Shown here piece after piece: positions 1-10,318 of a DNA stretch of 64,000 bases; position 1 is the first letter of the stretch; each line of letters opens with the position of its first letter. The notes under the pieces were generated by a model, which was not told the DNA's origin, did not search any database, and saw only the letters and a program-made list of their open reading frames with translations. The DNA lies in NCBI GenBank assembly GCA_963825135.1, contig CAWGRW010000009.1, forward strand, positions 992,001 to 1,056,000, in the 5' to 3' direction. A program made the translations under genes and the position numbers. Origin of the DNA: an uncultured bacterium. GTDB lineage: Bacteria > Desulfobacterota_D > UBA1144 > Nemesobacterales > UBA2774.

Positions 1-995
1 ACGCTCTCGGGTATGGATACCTCGGCAATGAGCGAATCCACGGGCTTAGTATCCGAATCGGGGATATAATCCAGGTACGTCGCCTTTTCCCCGGACCAAA
101 CGGGAGAATCGAGCCTGACCGTATTGACCCCGTTACCGGATTCCAGTATCTGCTTAACGTTCTCCACGCTCATTTCTACAGAGTCCGCGATCTCGAAGGG
201 GTAGGGCTCCCTTCCCTTTTCATCCACGAATTTCCCGCGCTCCGTCCAGACCTTTCCCGCCTTTTCGAGAACGTAAGCAGGTATCTTTACGGTCCTCGTC
301 TGGTTGAAGATACCCCTTATCATCCCTTGATTGATCCACCAGCATGCATAGGTCGAAAACCTGTAGCCCCTCGTATGGTCGAATCTTTCGACCGCTTTTA
401 TAAGGCCCAGGTTCCCTTCCTGTATCAAATCGAGAAACGGTATGCCGCGGCCGACGTATTTCTTCGCCATGCTGGCTACGAGCCTGAGGTTAGCTTTAAT
501 GAACCTGTCCTTTAATCTGCCTTCGGCGCCGATATAAGCTTCGAGCAGCATTACGAGCTTCCTCAACCGGCCCCTCTCTTCCTTTGTTAATCCCGGCTTC
601 GATGCGTATTCATCGGCAAGTAACTTAATCTCGCCCGCGCACAGTTCTTTGTCGGCGCTGAGCTTTCTGCCGAGTATCCGGCTTATCGTTTTCTTTATAC
701 GGAGCGAATGTACCGTGCATTCCCTCATCTTGGCGGCGATCTGAACCTCCTCTCTGTGGGTTAATAGCGATTCCGTGCCCACATCCTTGAAGTACGCGTT
801 TACGAGTCTCAGTTCCTGATTAACGTCCTTAGGTCCGTCCGCGTCGCGCCCGGTCGCCGGAACGATGCCGGGTTCGTCCTCCCCCTCCGAATAATCGAAT
901 TCGAGGCCCTCGGACTGAACCGCTACTTCCGCCGTATCAGGGGAATCATAATCGAGCCCGTCATAGAGAGCCTCGTATGAAACCGCCTTGTGCAT
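1..995 (-). CDS. Sigma70-family (RpoD/RpoS-like) RNA polymerase sigma factor, 3' end runs off the window
   Basis: Not in the ORF track. Manual reverse translation gives DRFIKANLRLVASMAKKYVGRGIPFLDLIQEGNLGLIKAVERFDHTRGYRFSTYACWWINQG (region 2). ATG at 995 with GAGGAGG RBS upstream. Confidence 0.93.
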   Translation of the reverse strand, partial: MHKAVSYEALYDGLDYDSPDTAEVAVQSEGLEFDYSEGEDEPGIVPATGRDADGPKDVNQELRLVNAYFKDVGTESLLTHREEVQIAAKMRECTVHSLRIKKTISRILGRKLSADKELCAGEIKLLADEYASKPGLTKEERGRLRKLVMLLEAYIGAEGRLKDRFIKANLRLVASMAKKYVGRGIPFLDLIQEGNLGLIKAVERFDHTRGYRFSTYACWWINQGMIRGIFNQTRTVKIPAYVLEKAGKVWTERGKFVDEKGREPYPFEIADSVEMSVENVKQILESGNGVNTVRLDSPVWSGEKATYLDYIPDSDTKPVDSLIAEVSIPES

Positions 996-1310
996 TATAA
1001 CCCCTCCTCAAATATGGAATAGAAGCCTCCTGCGCGTGATAACCGTTCCCAAAGCAGGCAAAGTCCGGGCTTCTAATAAGAAACTACGTCAGTACCCCGG
1101 AGCGCGGATGAACACATGCAGAAAAGACCGGCTATTCCGGCGGTCAGGAGATGGGCAAGGGTTGCGGCAAGGGGGCCGGGGTCTCCCTTAATTCTTTAAT
1201 CAGAGGAAAGGGAGAATCCCCGATTTCAAGCGCCCCATCTAAATAAAGACGGCACTTTAACAAATTACAATATCGTATACAATATAACCCACGAAAAACG
1301 GAGGAAGGTA

Positions 1311-1853
1311 ATGGTGGCCAGATATATATATGCATTTGTAATCCTAAATTTCCTCTTATTATTCGGGTGTGCCAAAGGCCCGATCAACGTAAATGTATTC
1401 AAAGCGCCCAAGGCTGCGTCCTCGAGTTACGAAGTCATACTGATCCCGGACTTCAGGAAAACGGATCTGGAATGGGTGCCGTATGATTCCGGCACCGAAA
1501 TCGCCGACATGGTGGCAGAGGCGCTTAGGACGCAGAACAAATTTGAGGTTATAAGCCGTACGGATAAATTCGAGGGCCCTAAAAGCCAGAGAGTCCTTGT
1601 CGTCGAAGGTATAGTCAGCGGATATACACGCGGCTGCAAATACTGCGAATATGTTTTCAGGGGTTTTGATGACAAGGGAAAGATGTCCGTTCAGGTCAGG
1701 GTCACTTTGGTCGATGAAACTACGGGGGAAATCCTTGCCGATGTCGGTATTGACGGAAGGGCTAAACCCCCGGGCACCGGAAGAAGCAAGTATACAAGAG
1801 TTGTCAATGAGATTGTTAAGGTAATCGACACCGTTAATAACGGCAAGTCGTGA
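1311..1853 (+). CDS. Putative lipoprotein (CsgG/DUF4410-like fold)
   Basis: Hydrophobic signal ending LFGC; GGAGG RBS; alpha/beta body typical of CsgG-like lipoproteins. Confidence 0.6.
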   Translation: MVARYIYAFVILNFLLLFGCAKGPINVNVFKAPKAASSSYEVILIPDFRKTDLEWVPYDSGTEIADMVAEALRTQNKFEVISRTDKFEGPKSQRVLVVEGIVSGYTRGCKYCEYVFRGFDDKGKMSVQVRVTLVDETTGEILADVGIDGRAKPPGTGRSKYTRVVNEIVKVIDTVNNGKS

Positions 1854-2061
1854 TTGCCAACCAAATAAAATAACGATCTCTGCCGCGCTTGTGGATTCCG
1901 GTCTAAGTAATCGAAAGCTATGCCCGAGTTTAAGACGGATTATTATTTTTTCATGGCATGAACGGCGCGAATTTTCATAAACTTGTGAAAACTTAGCGAT
2001 TACTTATACTTAGTCGTATCCGAATCCACAAAAGAGGGGCAGGGATTGCGGTGAGGGAGAA

Positions 2062-3078
2062 ATGAAAACAAAGGTACTATTTTTTATACTCAGCGCGATA
2101 ACTGGGTTTTTTATCGCTTATACACATTACGATCTTATAATTGCCTCGGCAGCAGCCGTTCTATTGGGAGTTATCTCGACGGGTATCGTATCGGTACTCG
2201 AGCGCAATCTCAGAAACTACACGACCAAATCGTTTCTGGGCGCGGTCATTGGGATAGTCGCGGCCTCTTTTTCCTTTATGGCCGTCAAGGAAGTAGTGTC
2301 GGGCTTCGCGCTGCCGCCCGATGTCGTTTCGTATATCTCGGCTGCCTTCTTCCTTTTTCTTTTCTACACGGGCATAACGTTAGGTTACAGGAAAGGGAGG
2401 GAAACCGAACAGCAGACCGCGCGACGGGTTCATACGAGAACCGTGAGCGAGACGAAGATTCTGGATACCAGCGTTATCATAGACGGCAGAATAGCCGACG
2501 TCGCCGAAGCGGGGTTTATCAACGGGACGATGATAATCCCGAAATTCATAATAAAGGAACTTCAGCATATAGCGGATTCCTCAGAGCCCATTAAACGTGT
2601 ACGCGGACGGAGGGGGCTCGATGTGCTCAAGAGGATGCAGAAGGACATACCGAACGTCTCTGTAAAGATCACCAACCACGATTTCCCGAACATCAAAGAG
2701 GCCGACCTCAAGTTAGTAGAGCTGGCGAGGAGACTCAAGGGCATAATCATCACGAACGATTTCAACCTCAACAAAGTGGCGGGACTCCAGAACGTGAAGG
2801 TTATGAACCTGAACCAGCTCTCAAACGCCCTTAAGCCCGTGGTCCTTCCCGGTGAGACGATGAACATTCACGTCGTCAAAGAAGGCAAGGAAGAGAATCA
2901 GGGCATAGGCTATCTCGATGACGGCACAATGGTCGTTGTGGATGAAGCCAAGAGACACCTGGGTGACCATATCGAAGTATCCGTTACCAGCGTGCTCCAG
3001 ACCCCGACCGGAAGAATGATATTCTCGAGGGTCAAGGAAGAAGACAGCAAGCACATGGTTTCCGATTACCGTGGCTGA
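2062..3078 (+). CDS. Membrane PIN/TRAM-domain protein (YacL family)
   Basis: N-terminal TM helices, KILDTSVIIDGRI PIN motif, RGRRGLD, C-terminal TRAM (GYLDDGTMVVV); usual position upstream of ispD. Confidence 0.93.
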   Translation: MKTKVLFFILSAITGFFIAYTHYDLIIASAAAVLLGVISTGIVSVLERNLRNYTTKSFLGAVIGIVAASFSFMAVKEVVSGFALPPDVVSYISAAFFLFLFYTGITLGYRKGRETEQQTARRVHTRTVSETKILDTSVIIDGRIADVAEAGFINGTMIIPKFIIKELQHIADSSEPIKRVRGRRGLDVLKRMQKDIPNVSVKITNHDFPNIKEADLKLVELARRLKGIIITNDFNLNKVAGLQNVKVMNLNQLSNALKPVVLPGETMNIHVVKEGKEENQGIGYLDDGTMVVVDEAKRHLGDHIEVSVTSVLQTPTGRMIFSRVKEEDSKHMVSDYRG

Positions 3079-3781
3079 TATACGCGCCTCGGCCGTGATT
3101 ACGGCGGCCGGTCAGGGAAAAAGGTTCGGGGAAGAAATTCCGAAGCAGTTCATGCCTCTTCGGGGAAAGCCCCTGCTCCTTCACTCGGTCGAAACATTCG
3201 CCGTGTCGGACTTAATCGGCGAGATAGTGATCGTCGTGCCCGACGACTGGGTGGAATCAGTAAAAATCGATATGGTAGAGAAGTTCGGCGTCCCAAAGGT
3301 GAGAAGCGTAATACCGGGGGGACCCGAAAGACAGGACTCCGTCCGTAACGGATTTTCCTCCCTGTCCGAGAAACCCGATATCGTAGTTGTTCATGACGGC
3401 GTTCGCCCGTTTATCACTCTCGAGCTGCTCGAAGAAGTCATAAGAGAGGCATCCGTCTGCGGAGCCGCCCTGGCGGCGCTTCCCTCAAACGATACCATCA
3501 AGAAATCATCGCCCGACCTCTACGTCGAAAACACTGTCCCGAGAGAATCTCTCTGGTTCGCGCAGACCCCCCAGGCATTCAGATATGAAGTCCTGCAGAA
3601 CGCTTTCATCAGGGCGTCCGAAGACGGGTTTACCGGCACGGACGAAGCCTTGCTCGTGGAGAGGACCGGCGTGAAGGTTAAGATCGTGAAAGGCTCCCCG
3701 TATAACATCAAGATTACGACGCCCGAGGACTTCAGGCTCGGAGAGCTTATTTTGAAAGAAGGTATAGGCGGCGCAAGGTAA
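3071..3781 (+). CDS. ispD: 2-C-methyl-D-erythritol 4-phosphate cytidylyltransferase
   Basis: AAGQGKRFG..PKQF, GGPERQDSV, VHDGVRP, QTPQAF, NIKITTPED. Confidence 0.97.
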   Translation: MADIRASAVITAAGQGKRFGEEIPKQFMPLRGKPLLLHSVETFAVSDLIGEIVIVVPDDWVESVKIDMVEKFGVPKVRSVIPGGPERQDSVRNGFSSLSEKPDIVVVHDGVRPFITLELLEEVIREASVCGAALAALPSNDTIKKSSPDLYVENTVPRESLWFAQTPQAFRYEVLQNAFIRASEDGFTGTDEALLVERTGVKVKIVKGSPYNIKITTPEDFRLGELILKEGIGGAR

Positions 3782-3848
3782 AATCGTCCCCGGCCCTTCC
3801 AAAAAAGACATGATTATTTATGATTACTACGTATAAAGAGTCGCATCA

Positions 3849-4331
3849 ATGTATAGAATAGGATTCGGGTTCGACGCCCACAGGTTCACTGAAGGCAGGA
3901 AGCTCGTACTGGGCGGCGCGGAGATACCGTTCGAGCTCGGACTGTCGGGACATTCCGACGCCGACGTGCTCACTCATGCCGTATGCGACGCGCTCCTGGG
4001 GGCAATGGGGGAGGGAGACATAGGCACCCACTTCCCGGACAGCGATCCTCAATATAAGGGCATGTCGAGCCTCTCGTTCCTGAGTGAGATTTTGAAGCTT
4101 ATTAGCAAGAAAGGATACGAAATCGGGAACATCGACAGTGTGATTGTATGCGAAAAACCGAAGATCGCCCCGCACGTTCCCGCCATAAAGAGTAAGCTCT
4201 CTCAGGCCTCCGGCATCCCGGAGACGGCTCTCGGCATCAAGGCCACCACCACCGACCGCATGGGCTTTACGGGCCGGGGCGAAGGTATAGCGTCCTATGC
4301 GGTCGCATTGATTATAAAACACCCGGATTGA
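3849..4331 (+). CDS. ispF: 2-C-methyl-D-erythritol 2,4-cyclodiphosphate synthase
   Basis: RIGFGFDAH, GHSDADVLTHAVCDALLGA, KATTT..GFTGRGEG. Confidence 0.97.
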   Translation: MYRIGFGFDAHRFTEGRKLVLGGAEIPFELGLSGHSDADVLTHAVCDALLGAMGEGDIGTHFPDSDPQYKGMSSLSFLSEILKLISKKGYEIGNIDSVIVCEKPKIAPHVPAIKSKLSQASGIPETALGIKATTTDRMGFTGRGEGIASYAVALIIKHPD

Positions 4332-4559
4332 ACCGTTCTCCGGTCGGCCCCAGGCCGGGAGACGCCCATCAGACCGAGCCGCCGCATATACCGCAATTCC
4401 CGAAAACGGATTCCTCCATTGCGATAGAGCTCCCGGCGCAGTCCATACATTAAAAAGTAATTCAAACTTTTATTTGTGAACCGTCCCCGCTTCATCATAT
4501 AATTGATAGCTGTATCTCAGCTCGGACTATACGCTCCACGGGAACAGATGCTAACGCAA

Positions 4560-6947
4560 ATGACAGCCACCTTACGGGGATTCACGGCAAGATATAAGAT
4601 AATCCCCCCTCTACTTGGATTGATTACCGGCATCCTCCTGAGCGAGTACCTTGGAAGTCCCTGGCTCGCAATCACTATATTGGCCCCTGTCGCGGGTATT
4701 TCGGCCCTTCTATTTCCCTCTCTCAGGTTCCTGATATTTATCCCGATCGGCCTTCTTTTCAGCGCCGGCCCGTTTGATTCCCCGGGGGTAAGCGTTACAT
4801 CGTTTTCGGGGACGAAGATCGACCTCGAAGGGACCGTCTACAGGTCCCCCGAAAAAAAAGAAACGGGATCGAGACTCTTTTTAGACTCCGAGTATGCGAT
4901 AGCAGACGGGGTCTCAAGCCCCGTGTCGGGAAAGGTCATAATATCCACCGCGGGGGAAGCCCCCGGGGTTTCATACGGAGATCGGATTCGCGTAATCGGC
5001 CTCAAGCTCAAGCCCATAAATAATTACCGGAACCCGGGCGGATTTGACGTGAGAAAGTATTACGAAAGACAGGGCGTCTACGCGACCGGGTTCGTCGAGG
5101 GAGACGAGTACATCATCTCCTTCGGGCGCGATAAATCCTACAGCCCAGTCATATATTCCCTCGACAGGCTCAGGCTCGAGTACGGAAACTATGTGAGGGA
5201 GAATTTTAGCTCCCCGGAGAACGAGATTCTGAACGCGCTTACGATAGGCGAGGACGGGGGCATCCCGCCCGGCGTAAGGGCCGAGTTCTCCAAAGCGGGA
5301 GTCGCTCATGTGCTCTCCATATCGGGTCTCCATGTGGGGGCGATAGCCGTAGTCCTCTTTCTGCTCATCAAGTGGCTGCTCAAGCGTTCCCAATACCTGA
5401 TGCTCCGGTTCAAGGTCGTAAGAATCGCGGCGGCCCTCACGATACTCCCGCTGTTCTTCTATACCGCAGTCGCCGGTTTTAACACGCCCGCGGTCAGGGC
5501 CTTTTTAATGATTTCCGTCTTCTTCCTCGCGATAATCGCCGGGAGAAACGAGAACAAGATAAACACCCTGTGCGTCGCGGCGTTCATCATTCTGTTATGG
5601 CACCCGTGGTCGCTATTCGAGCTTTCGTTCCAGCTCTCGTTCGCGGCCGTCCTCGGTATCCTCCTTGCCCACAAGTACTTTCCATTCAGGTTCGGCACGC
5701 TGAGAGATAAAGCGGCAACGCTTATAAAAACCACTTGCGCCGCTACGTTCGCGACCTTCCCGTTAATAATAAATTCATTCGGGATTCTGCCGGTCGTATC
5801 GATACCGGCGAATATGATTATGGTACCGCTCGTCGAGCTCCTGATAGTCCCCCTGGGACTCCTCTCCTTTCTTGCGTTCATAATTTCCGGGCACATCGCC
5901 GAGCCGTTGATATCGGTCAACATACACTTCATCCGGATGATGGTGTTCGGTATAGGGAAACTGCTCGAAATTCCCTATTCGTCCCTGACTATTCCCCCCT
6001 TGAGCGTCCCGAGCCTTGTGCTGTTCGCCGCCCTGGGCGTCTCCGTCCTGCTTTCGGGCAAGCAGAGGATATTCAGATACTGCCTCCCCTTTCTGGCGAT
6101 TGCCTTCATATTGAGCGCGGCATATCCCGTTGTTAGAAAGAAGACAGAGCACAACCTGATCGTCAATTTCCTCGACGCCGGCGAAGATAAAAATATCGTT
6201 TTTATCGAGCTCCCCGGGGGTGAGAACATTCTGATCGACGGCGGTTATTCCAATCTGGACAGAAAGGGTTATATCGAAAGAAACGTAGCCGGCAGATTTT
6301 TGCTCCACTCGGGGGTAAACAAAATCGACTACCTGATCCTGACGTCGACCGATAGGGACCATTTGAGCGGAGCCTCGTATCTGCTTGAGAATTTCAACGT
6401 CGCCAGGGTTTTTACAAACGGAGATAAGCTCGACGGGGGTCTTTGGGAAGCCATTAAGGATAAGAACGTCGAATGGAAAGATCTGGCCGGTATCGATGAG
6501 GTCCCTCTCGGTCCCGGGCTCGGAATGGAGATATTAAAACCGGGACGGAATTTCGTAATCAAGGACTCGTCCCTGCCTCGTCCTCTTGCCGTCAGGGTTA
6601 GATACGGGGAAGAAGCGCTGCTCATGGGGGAAGCCCTGGACGATGCCGGGGCGATGACCGCGTTAATCGATGCGTACGGAGGGGGACTTGCGAGCAGGGT
6701 CCTTTACATGCCTGATATAGAGAAGGACGCCGCACTGCCCGTATTCCTCCGGACGGTGTCCCCGGGCCTATTGGTAACAGGCGAATTCGACCCCTCTCAG
6801 GCAAACGAGGACACCGTTTTACGGAAAGAAATATCCCGTATGACCCTCCTCGAAACCTCTAAAGACGGCGCTGTCACGATCAAGACCGGAGGCTCGAAGC
6901 TAAGCGCCGAAACGTATATCGGTGATAAGACGGTGAACTTACGGTAA
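4560..6947 (+). CDS. comEC: Competence protein ComEC/Rec2 (start uncertain, 4503-4560)
   Basis: NPGGFD OB-fold motif, AHVLSISGLHVG, SFQLSF competence-domain motifs, C-terminal MBL-like domain. Confidence 0.93.
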   Translation: MTATLRGFTARYKIIPPLLGLITGILLSEYLGSPWLAITILAPVAGISALLFPSLRFLIFIPIGLLFSAGPFDSPGVSVTSFSGTKIDLEGTVYRSPEKKETGSRLFLDSEYAIADGVSSPVSGKVIISTAGEAPGVSYGDRIRVIGLKLKPINNYRNPGGFDVRKYYERQGVYATGFVEGDEYIISFGRDKSYSPVIYSLDRLRLEYGNYVRENFSSPENEILNALTIGEDGGIPPGVRAEFSKAGVAHVLSISGLHVGAIAVVLFLLIKWLLKRSQYLMLRFKVVRIAAALTILPLFFYTAVAGFNTPAVRAFLMISVFFLAIIAGRNENKINTLCVAAFIILLWHPWSLFELSFQLSFAAVLGILLAHKYFPFRFGTLRDKAATLIKTTCAATFATFPLIINSFGILPVVSIPANMIMVPLVELLIVPLGLLSFLAFIISGHIAEPLISVNIHFIRMMVFGIGKLLEIPYSSLTIPPLSVPSLVLFAALGVSVLLSGKQRIFRYCLPFLAIAFILSAAYPVVRKKTEHNLIVNFLDAGEDKNIVFIELPGGENILIDGGYSNLDRKGYIERNVAGRFLLHSGVNKIDYLILTSTDRDHLSGASYLLENFNVARVFTNGDKLDGGLWEAIKDKNVEWKDLAGIDEVPLGPGLGMEILKPGRNFVIKDSSLPRPLAVRVRYGEEALLMGEALDDAGAMTALIDAYGGGLASRVLYMPDIEKDAALPVFLRTVSPGLLVTGEFDPSQANEDTVLRKEISRMTLLETSKDGAVTIKTGGSKLSAETYIGDKTVNLR

Positions 6948-6956
6948 CCTTTCGGT

Positions 6957-7433
6957 GTGTCGAGATATATATTCCTTCTTATAATCCTCGCCCTCGCTCT
7001 GATACTTTATTTCTTTCCGCGCGGGGACGATAGCGGAGAGATAAAGGCCCTATTCGACGAGATTATAGAAGCGGCCGGGAAGAGGGACTACGACGGCATT
7101 ACGGAGCATTTTTCGGTTCAGTATAAAGACGAATACGGAGCCGGTTACCCCGTCGTTAAGAACATCATCATTAAGGTTTTTGAAAAGTACGACAGCGTCG
7201 AGGCCTCATACTCCGGCCTCTCGGTAGTTATCAATAATAATGAGTACGGGGAAAAAGAGGCCGCCGCGAATATGGACGTCGAGGTGACGGGATACAAATC
7301 GGGTATCCCCGATAAATTAATAGGAAACAGCGAATCCCCCGACAACATCACTGTCACGCTCAGAAAGTCCGGTCTCGGCGGATGGAAGATCACCCGTGTC
7401 GAAGGGCTCGACGACCAGGACGATTATGAATAG
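6957..7433 (+). CDS. Membrane-anchored hypothetical protein, NTF2-like
   Basis: N-terminal TM; ends in ..LRKSGLGGWKITRVE pattern; 9 nt after comEC. Confidence 0.6.
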   Translation: MSRYIFLLIILALALILYFFPRGDDSGEIKALFDEIIEAAGKRDYDGITEHFSVQYKDEYGAGYPVVKNIIIKVFEKYDSVEASYSGLSVVINNNEYGEKEAAANMDVEVTGYKSGIPDKLIGNSESPDNITVTLRKSGLGGWKITRVEGLDDQDDYE

Positions 7434-7463
7434 CTCTTACCTCTTTACCGCCGTACCATATAA

Positions 7464-8222
7464 CTATTCGTCCGCCCCGCTCATCCTGCCGTTAATGAAG
7501 TCGCTCAGGATCTCTATATCGGATTTGTCCGCCTCGTCCACAGTCCCGGTAAAAATAATCTTCCCGTGATGGAGAAACGCTAACCTGTCCGATATCTCGA
7601 ACGCGCTCTTGACGTCGTGCGTGATGATCACCGCGGTAATTCCGAACTGCGCCTGCATATCCCTGATCAGCTGGTTAATTCTGCTTATGTTGGGCGGGTC
7701 GAGCCCCGTCGTAGGCTCGTCGTAGAGAAGAATTTGCGGGTTCATCGCCATTGCCCTCGCGAGCCCTACCCTCTTTTTCATACCGCCGCTCAGGTCGGAA
7801 GGCATTTTATCCTCTATACCCGGCAGCCCGACGAGCTCGAGGTTTTTGGCGACCATATCCTTGATTTCGTTCTCGGGCAGTTTCGTATTCTCCCTGAGCG
7901 GGTAAGCGACGTTCTCCTCGACCGTAAGCGAATCGAAAAGAGCGGAGCCCTGAAACAGCATCCCCATCTTTTTCCTCACGTGAACGAGCTCGCTCTCTTC
8001 TAACGATATTATGCTTTCGCCTTCCACAAGAACATCGCCCGAGTCGGGCTTCAGGAGCCCCGTGATTTCCTTGAGCAGGACGCTCTTCCCCGAGCCGCTC
8101 CCGCCGAGCACAGTGATGTTTTCCCCTTTTTTTATGGACAAGGTGAGCCCCATATGGACTTCCTTGGGGCCAAAGGACTTGTAAACATCCTTTACATCGA
8201 TAATTATTTCATCCTGCATCAA
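7464..8222 (-). CDS. ABC transporter ATP-binding protein, MlaF/Mkl family
   Basis: GGSGSGKS, LFQGSALFDSLTV, LSGGMKKRVGLARA, YDEPTTGLDP. Confidence 0.92.
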   Translation of the reverse strand: MMQDEIIIDVKDVYKSFGPKEVHMGLTLSIKKGENITVLGGSGSGKSVLLKEITGLLKPDSGDVLVEGESIISLEESELVHVRKKMGMLFQGSALFDSLTVEENVAYPLRENTKLPENEIKDMVAKNLELVGLPGIEDKMPSDLSGGMKKRVGLARAMAMNPQILLYDEPTTGLDPPNISRINQLIRDMQAQFGITAVIITHDVKSAFEISDRLAFLHHGKIIFTGTVDEADKSDIEILSDFINGRMSGADE

Positions 8223-8467
8223 TACCGCCGCTTTAGTGGATATTGAAATATCGAAAACGGTAACTATATTCTCAGAGAATCAGTTGGGATTGTAATTATA
8301 CAACGGTAATTTGTCAAAATAGTCAGGAGCTTCGTAACATAACACCAATTCACTTTCAAAATTGACTTTTTCTGTTTATCAATGTATAAAAAATGCTTAT
8401 AAATGACGGTTGCATAACGTTAATATACCCCTGATAACGGCCTTGCAGCGGTTTGGGATCGCACACA

Positions 8468-9088
8468 ATGAGAAGAGAGAACGCAAGCGCCGATACTGAG
8501 CTAGAATACAACCTTAAATTCTTTACCCAATTCATAATCAATCCCGCTAAGACGGGGGCGATCCTCCCCTCAAGCGATAAATTATGCGAATACATGACGG
8601 ACATAGCCGGGCTTAATGACGTTTCCACTGTTATAGAGCTTGGCTCGGGCACCGGAGTGATAACGGAAAAGATAATGCGGAAAAAGGCCGCCAATACGAC
8701 GTTTTTTGCATTGGAGATCAACTCGGCCTTCGTCGAGGCGACTAAAAGAAAGTGCCCTGATGCCATCGTTTACCAGTCTTCGGCTGAAAACGTGATGAAG
8801 CACCTTGAAATGCACGGAGAAAGCGGCTGCGACAGGATTATAAGCAGCCTCCCCTGGTCGATATTCAATGGAGAAACCCAGCAGCTCATTCTCGACTCAA
8901 TTTATGACGTGTTAAAGCCCGGGGGCGTATTTTTAACATACGCGTACGTGCTCGGGGTCGTAGCGCCTTCGGCGTGGAGGTTTAAAAAGAAACTCTATGC
9001 CAAATTCGACAAAGTGGAAACGAGCAGGATAGTGTGGAGTAACATCCCGCCCGCATTCATTTATATCTGCGAAAAAGCGGCCCGATAA
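8468..9088 (+). CDS. SAM-dependent lipid N-methyltransferase (PmtA-like)
   Basis: TGAILPSS, VIELGSGTGVIT, IISSLPW, NIPPAFIY. Confidence 0.85.
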   Translation: MRRENASADTELEYNLKFFTQFIINPAKTGAILPSSDKLCEYMTDIAGLNDVSTVIELGSGTGVITEKIMRKKAANTTFFALEINSAFVEATKRKCPDAIVYQSSAENVMKHLEMHGESGCDRIISSLPWSIFNGETQQLILDSIYDVLKPGGVFLTYAYVLGVVAPSAWRFKKKLYAKFDKVETSRIVWSNIPPAFIYICEKAAR

Positions 9089-9445
9089 TACAGGCTGCCG
9101 CCCTTGAAAACCCTCCGGATCTGACCGCATTACCCCGGCCTTTCGACCTGCCGCATAAAGTGTCTTGACATGTCCATGAAAATCAATAACAATAGGTGAT
9201 GTAGCGGATTGACCTTTCTTCGATTGAATAAAGGAGGATTGGAGGGTGTCAATCTCGTCATGATGTATCCTTCCCTTGGTCAAACGTTAGTTGCTTAATA
9301 TACCGGCGCAAATCGAGTTATTTGTGCGCCTTCCGCTCAGTATAAGACTCCCGAAAAACCCCTTGAAACAATCCGTCTTTTCATATTAATATTAAGAATA
9401 TATATACATTCAGCAGCCATCTTCATTCATCAAAGGAGATTAGAT

Positions 9446-10261
9446 ATGTATAGATTAGCAAAGTTCTGTTCAATTGCTTTGTTTCTTGTATCGCTGGCCC
9501 TCTCCCCTTTGGGCAGTAATTATAAAGTCCATGCGGCCGACGCGGGCAGCCTCCCCGCGCCCCAGCTCGTGACGGGCGCGTGGATGTTCATGGCGGCCTA
9601 CAAGGCCGATCCCGAAACGCTCAAAGCCCTCCTGCCTCCGGGACTAGAGCCCAACCCCGCGGGTCACGTCGTAATGAATATGTACACAGTGCCCGACGCG
9701 ACCCAGACCTCTGGATTCGGAGCCTACACGCTCACCTATCTCGCGGTCGAGCTCAAAGACCAGGACTCCTACGTTATGAATTCCGACGTGACGTATCCCG
9801 GGAGATATTTCGTTTACTATTTCAACAGCTCGCCGTCGATGCGTGAATACGTGAAAAGGATCGGCATTCCGGCGCAGGATGGCATGACGACCACCACGGT
9901 AAAAGACGGCAAGCTCACGGCGGTCCTGACCGTGGACGGACAGCCTCTCATCGAGGCGACTGCCGACGTCGGCAGCGAGCTCGGGAACTTCGGCGGGGGT
10001 CACCTGAATTACTTCGGATTGATACAGACCGAAAAAGACGGCAAGACAGTGAACCAGGTTGTTAAATATCCCATTCCATGGGTCGGGGGCACAGTCGAGA
10101 TGAAGAACCCGAAGATAACGTTCAAGGCGCCCGAGGGCCATCCGCTCAACAAAATAAAGCCGCTGGCGGAAGCCCCGGACTGGGCTGTATGGACCAAGGG
10201 CAGCTTCGTATACCCGCAGTATGTGGTCGTAAACGAATTTACATCGGACGATAAGAAATAA
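9446..10261 (+). CDS. Exported acetoacetate-decarboxylase-fold protein
   Basis: Signal peptide ending VHA-A; YKADPETLKALLPPGLEP and GAYTLTYL motifs of the ADC family; AAGGAG RBS. Confidence 0.7.
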   Translation: MYRLAKFCSIALFLVSLALSPLGSNYKVHAADAGSLPAPQLVTGAWMFMAAYKADPETLKALLPPGLEPNPAGHVVMNMYTVPDATQTSGFGAYTLTYLAVELKDQDSYVMNSDVTYPGRYFVYYFNSSPSMREYVKRIGIPAQDGMTTTTVKDGKLTAVLTVDGQPLIEATADVGSELGNFGGGHLNYFGLIQTEKDGKTVNQVVKYPIPWVGGTVEMKNPKITFKAPEGHPLNKIKPLAEAPDWAVWTKGSFVYPQYVVVNEFTSDDKK

Positions 10262-10275
10262 TTTAAACTTTCATA

Positions 10276-10301
10276 CCCGCGGCGGCCCCGTCCGCCGCGG
10301 G
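10276..10301. terminator. GC-rich hairpin between convergent genes, probable terminator
   Basis: CCCGCGGCGG-N6-CCGCCGCGGG, perfect 10-bp stem; U-tail weak. Confidence 0.65.
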
Positions 10302-10318
10302 GAGCCTTATTTGCAAAT

